DNA of 32,000 nucleotides from Wolbachia endosymbiont of Drosophila innubila (GTDB lineage Bacteria; Pseudomonadota; Alphaproteobacteria; Rickettsiales; Anaplasmataceae): NCBI RefSeq assembly GCF_021378375.1, contig NZ_CP076228.1, positions 1,140,001 to 1,172,000 of the forward strand, read 5' to 3'. Shown piece by piece: positions 30,403 to 32,000 of this stretch (position 1 is its first letter; each line of letters starts with the position of its first letter). The notes under the pieces were generated by a model. It saw only the letters and a program-made list of their open reading frames with translations, ran no database searches and was not told where the DNA came from. The position numbers and the translations under genes were made by a program.

Positions 30403-30466
30403 GTCTGGTAGAGACTCATGACCTTGAAACCAGCGATTTGGTCTCATAACCATAGTCTCCCCAAAA

Positions 30467-30499
30467 GAACCGTGCTTGCGGATTTCCCGCACACGGCTC
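30467..30499 (-). ncRNA. Group II intron domain V
   Basis: Reverse complement gagccgtgtgcgggaaatccgcaagcacggttc. Confidence 0.9.
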
Positions 30500-30512
30500 C
30501 ACAATACAGCGT

Positions 30513-31826
30513 TCACACTAGTGCTCCTGTGTATAAAGAAACATATACCTTTGGTTTTGGTAATGGATTTACTTTTAAATAGTGTATAAATTGTTCCCAA
30601 TCCATACTTTTCTTTTGACTACGTCGGTTTATCCACTTAAATGCTAACTTTGTTACCGGTCGATAGAATTGAATCAAACACCGATAATTTCCGCTAACTC
30701 CGAAGTAGCTATAGTGTCCTGTTAGTTTGGCTTTAAGTTTCTGCCACCAATCTTTGAAACAGATACGACTTCGTACCATCTTCAACCATTCTTTGATTTC
30801 TTTAATCTTTCTGGCTAGGCTTATTTTTGAAGTTTTCTGCTTCATCATAAGTTTACCATTACGACTTTTTCCACAATAATGTGTAAATCCTAGAAAGTTG
30901 AAGCTAGCCGTCCTACGTTTCTCTCTTTCTGCTTGATACCATTCTTTCTTACCAAACTTTACTATTTTTGTTTTATTTTCAGCTATTTCCAACCCAAATT
31001 TACTTAGTCTTTGTTTCAGTAATTCTAGAAATTCTTTTGCGTCTTCTTCCCTCTCGCAGCCAACTACAAAATCGTCGCAAAACCTTATTAGCTGTAAATA
31101 TCCTCTGGCTTTTGGCTTAAATTTCTTTTCAAACCATAAGTCCAGCACATAGTGTAAGTATATATTAGCTAATACAGGGCTTACTATACCACCTTGTGGT
31201 GTGCCTTGATCGGTTGCTTTATAACATCCAACTTCGACTATTCCTGCCTTTAGAAATCGTTTTATTAACCACAATAAATTTGGGTCAGCTATTCGTTCCC
31301 TTAGACAATTCATTAGCCATTTATGTTGAACATTATCAAAGAACTTCTTGATATCCACTTCTACAATATAGTTAATTGGTTTGTGCATAACTGCTTTATC
31401 TAGAGCGTTTATCGCCTGATGACAATTTCTTCCTGGTCGAAATCCATACGAGCTGTCCATAAAGTTTGCTTCATAAATATTTTCTAATATCTTCTTTAGC
31501 ATTACCTGTACCAACTTATCTTCCGTTGATGGTATTCCGAGACCGCGCTTCTCTTTGCTCCCGGCTTTGGGTATGTATACCCTTTTCACTGGTAGCGGTT
31601 GATATTGTTTTCTCTTCATACTATCCACTAGTGTTTTAAGTTTCTCTTCTAGATTTTCTCCATAAGCTTCCACTGTCACACGATCTATACTACAAGCCTT
31701 GTTGCGTTTTAGTTCCTTATAACACTCTGCAAGATTCTCTTCATTAATCAAATGAACTAATGATGTAAATTTTACTCGCTTATCTTGCTTAGCCCTTACT
31801 GCTATCTGGTTTAGTTTTCCTTGCAT
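30513..31826 (-). CDS. ltrA: Group II intron-encoded reverse transcriptase/maturase
   Basis: RT motifs KRVYIPKAGSKEKRGLGIPSTEDKLVQ, SSYGFRPGRNCHQAI, GTPQGGIVSPVLANIYLHYVLD, LIRFCDDFVVG; maturase FNFLGFTHY...; no HNH domain. Confidence 0.95.
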   Translation of the reverse strand: MQGKLNQIAVRAKQDKRVKFTSLVHLINEENLAECYKELKRNKACSIDRVTVEAYGENLEEKLKTLVDSMKRKQYQPLPVKRVYIPKAGSKEKRGLGIPSTEDKLVQVMLKKILENIYEANFMDSSYGFRPGRNCHQAINALDKAVMHKPINYIVEVDIKKFFDNVQHKWLMNCLRERIADPNLLWLIKRFLKAGIVEVGCYKATDQGTPQGGIVSPVLANIYLHYVLDLWFEKKFKPKARGYLQLIRFCDDFVVGCEREEDAKEFLELLKQRLSKFGLEIAENKTKIVKFGKKEWYQAEREKRRTASFNFLGFTHYCGKSRNGKLMMKQKTSKISLARKIKEIKEWLKMVRSRICFKDWWQKLKAKLTGHYSYFGVSGNYRCLIQFYRPVTKLAFKWINRRSQKKSMDWEQFIHYLKVNPLPKPKVYVSLYTGALV

Positions 31827-32000
31827 ACTCCTCTAATCTCTGTTGTATTGGTATAGCAATCCCTATACCAGTCACTATATTGCTAACCGCTTCCCCTTGT
31901 ATGTGGCTTTCCCACACTCCGAGTACTATCAATTAGTCCGACTTCCTTTGCATCTTCCTCCAGTCCTCGCCTTTATTGACTTGTTCCAGAGTACCCTTAC

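Larger units (their letters stand above)
30403..32000 (-). mobile_element. Group II intron, nearly complete (5' end outside window)
   Basis: Intact RT/maturase ORF 30513..31826, domain V at 30467-30499, 3' end ...ctaccagac at 30403. Confidence 0.93.

Overview
AT-rich window from an alphaproteobacterial endosymbiont. Gene content and the 'atcccagtgt...cactgggatgacac' palindromic repeats fit Wolbachia (inference, no database search run). Mostly housekeeping genes: tRNA-Val(UAC), gyrA, petA, priA, thyX, murA, a CPBP protease, fabF, acpP, polyprenyl synthase, an FKBP-like protein, hslU/hslV, gshA, hemH, ndk, recR, a KAP-type NTPase, pdhC (E2), an SH3-like secreted protein, a TPR protein and several hypotheticals. 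The window is bracketed by two inverted copies of the same group II intron, both cut by the window edges. The right copy appears to sit inside an ORF, with a visible 3' exon. Main unusual signals: (1) a family of palindromic/composite repeats translated in frame inside priA, the polyprenyl synthase, pdhC and an SH3-like gene, leaving recurring peptide signatures; (2) a 327-bp MITE-like element with 17-bp perfect terminal inverted repeats and a perfect 9-bp target duplication, inserted into one of these repeats; (3) left-edge frameshifts confined to homopolymers in an intron copy otherwise identical to the right one, plus a similar apparent frameshift in the neighbouring TPR gene; (4) a diverged ~156-bp tandem duplication in a repeat-rich intergenic island; (5) two disordered or coiled-coil hypothetical proteins that are effector candidates. 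I found no CRISPR array, prophage module or clearly new multi-gene system.
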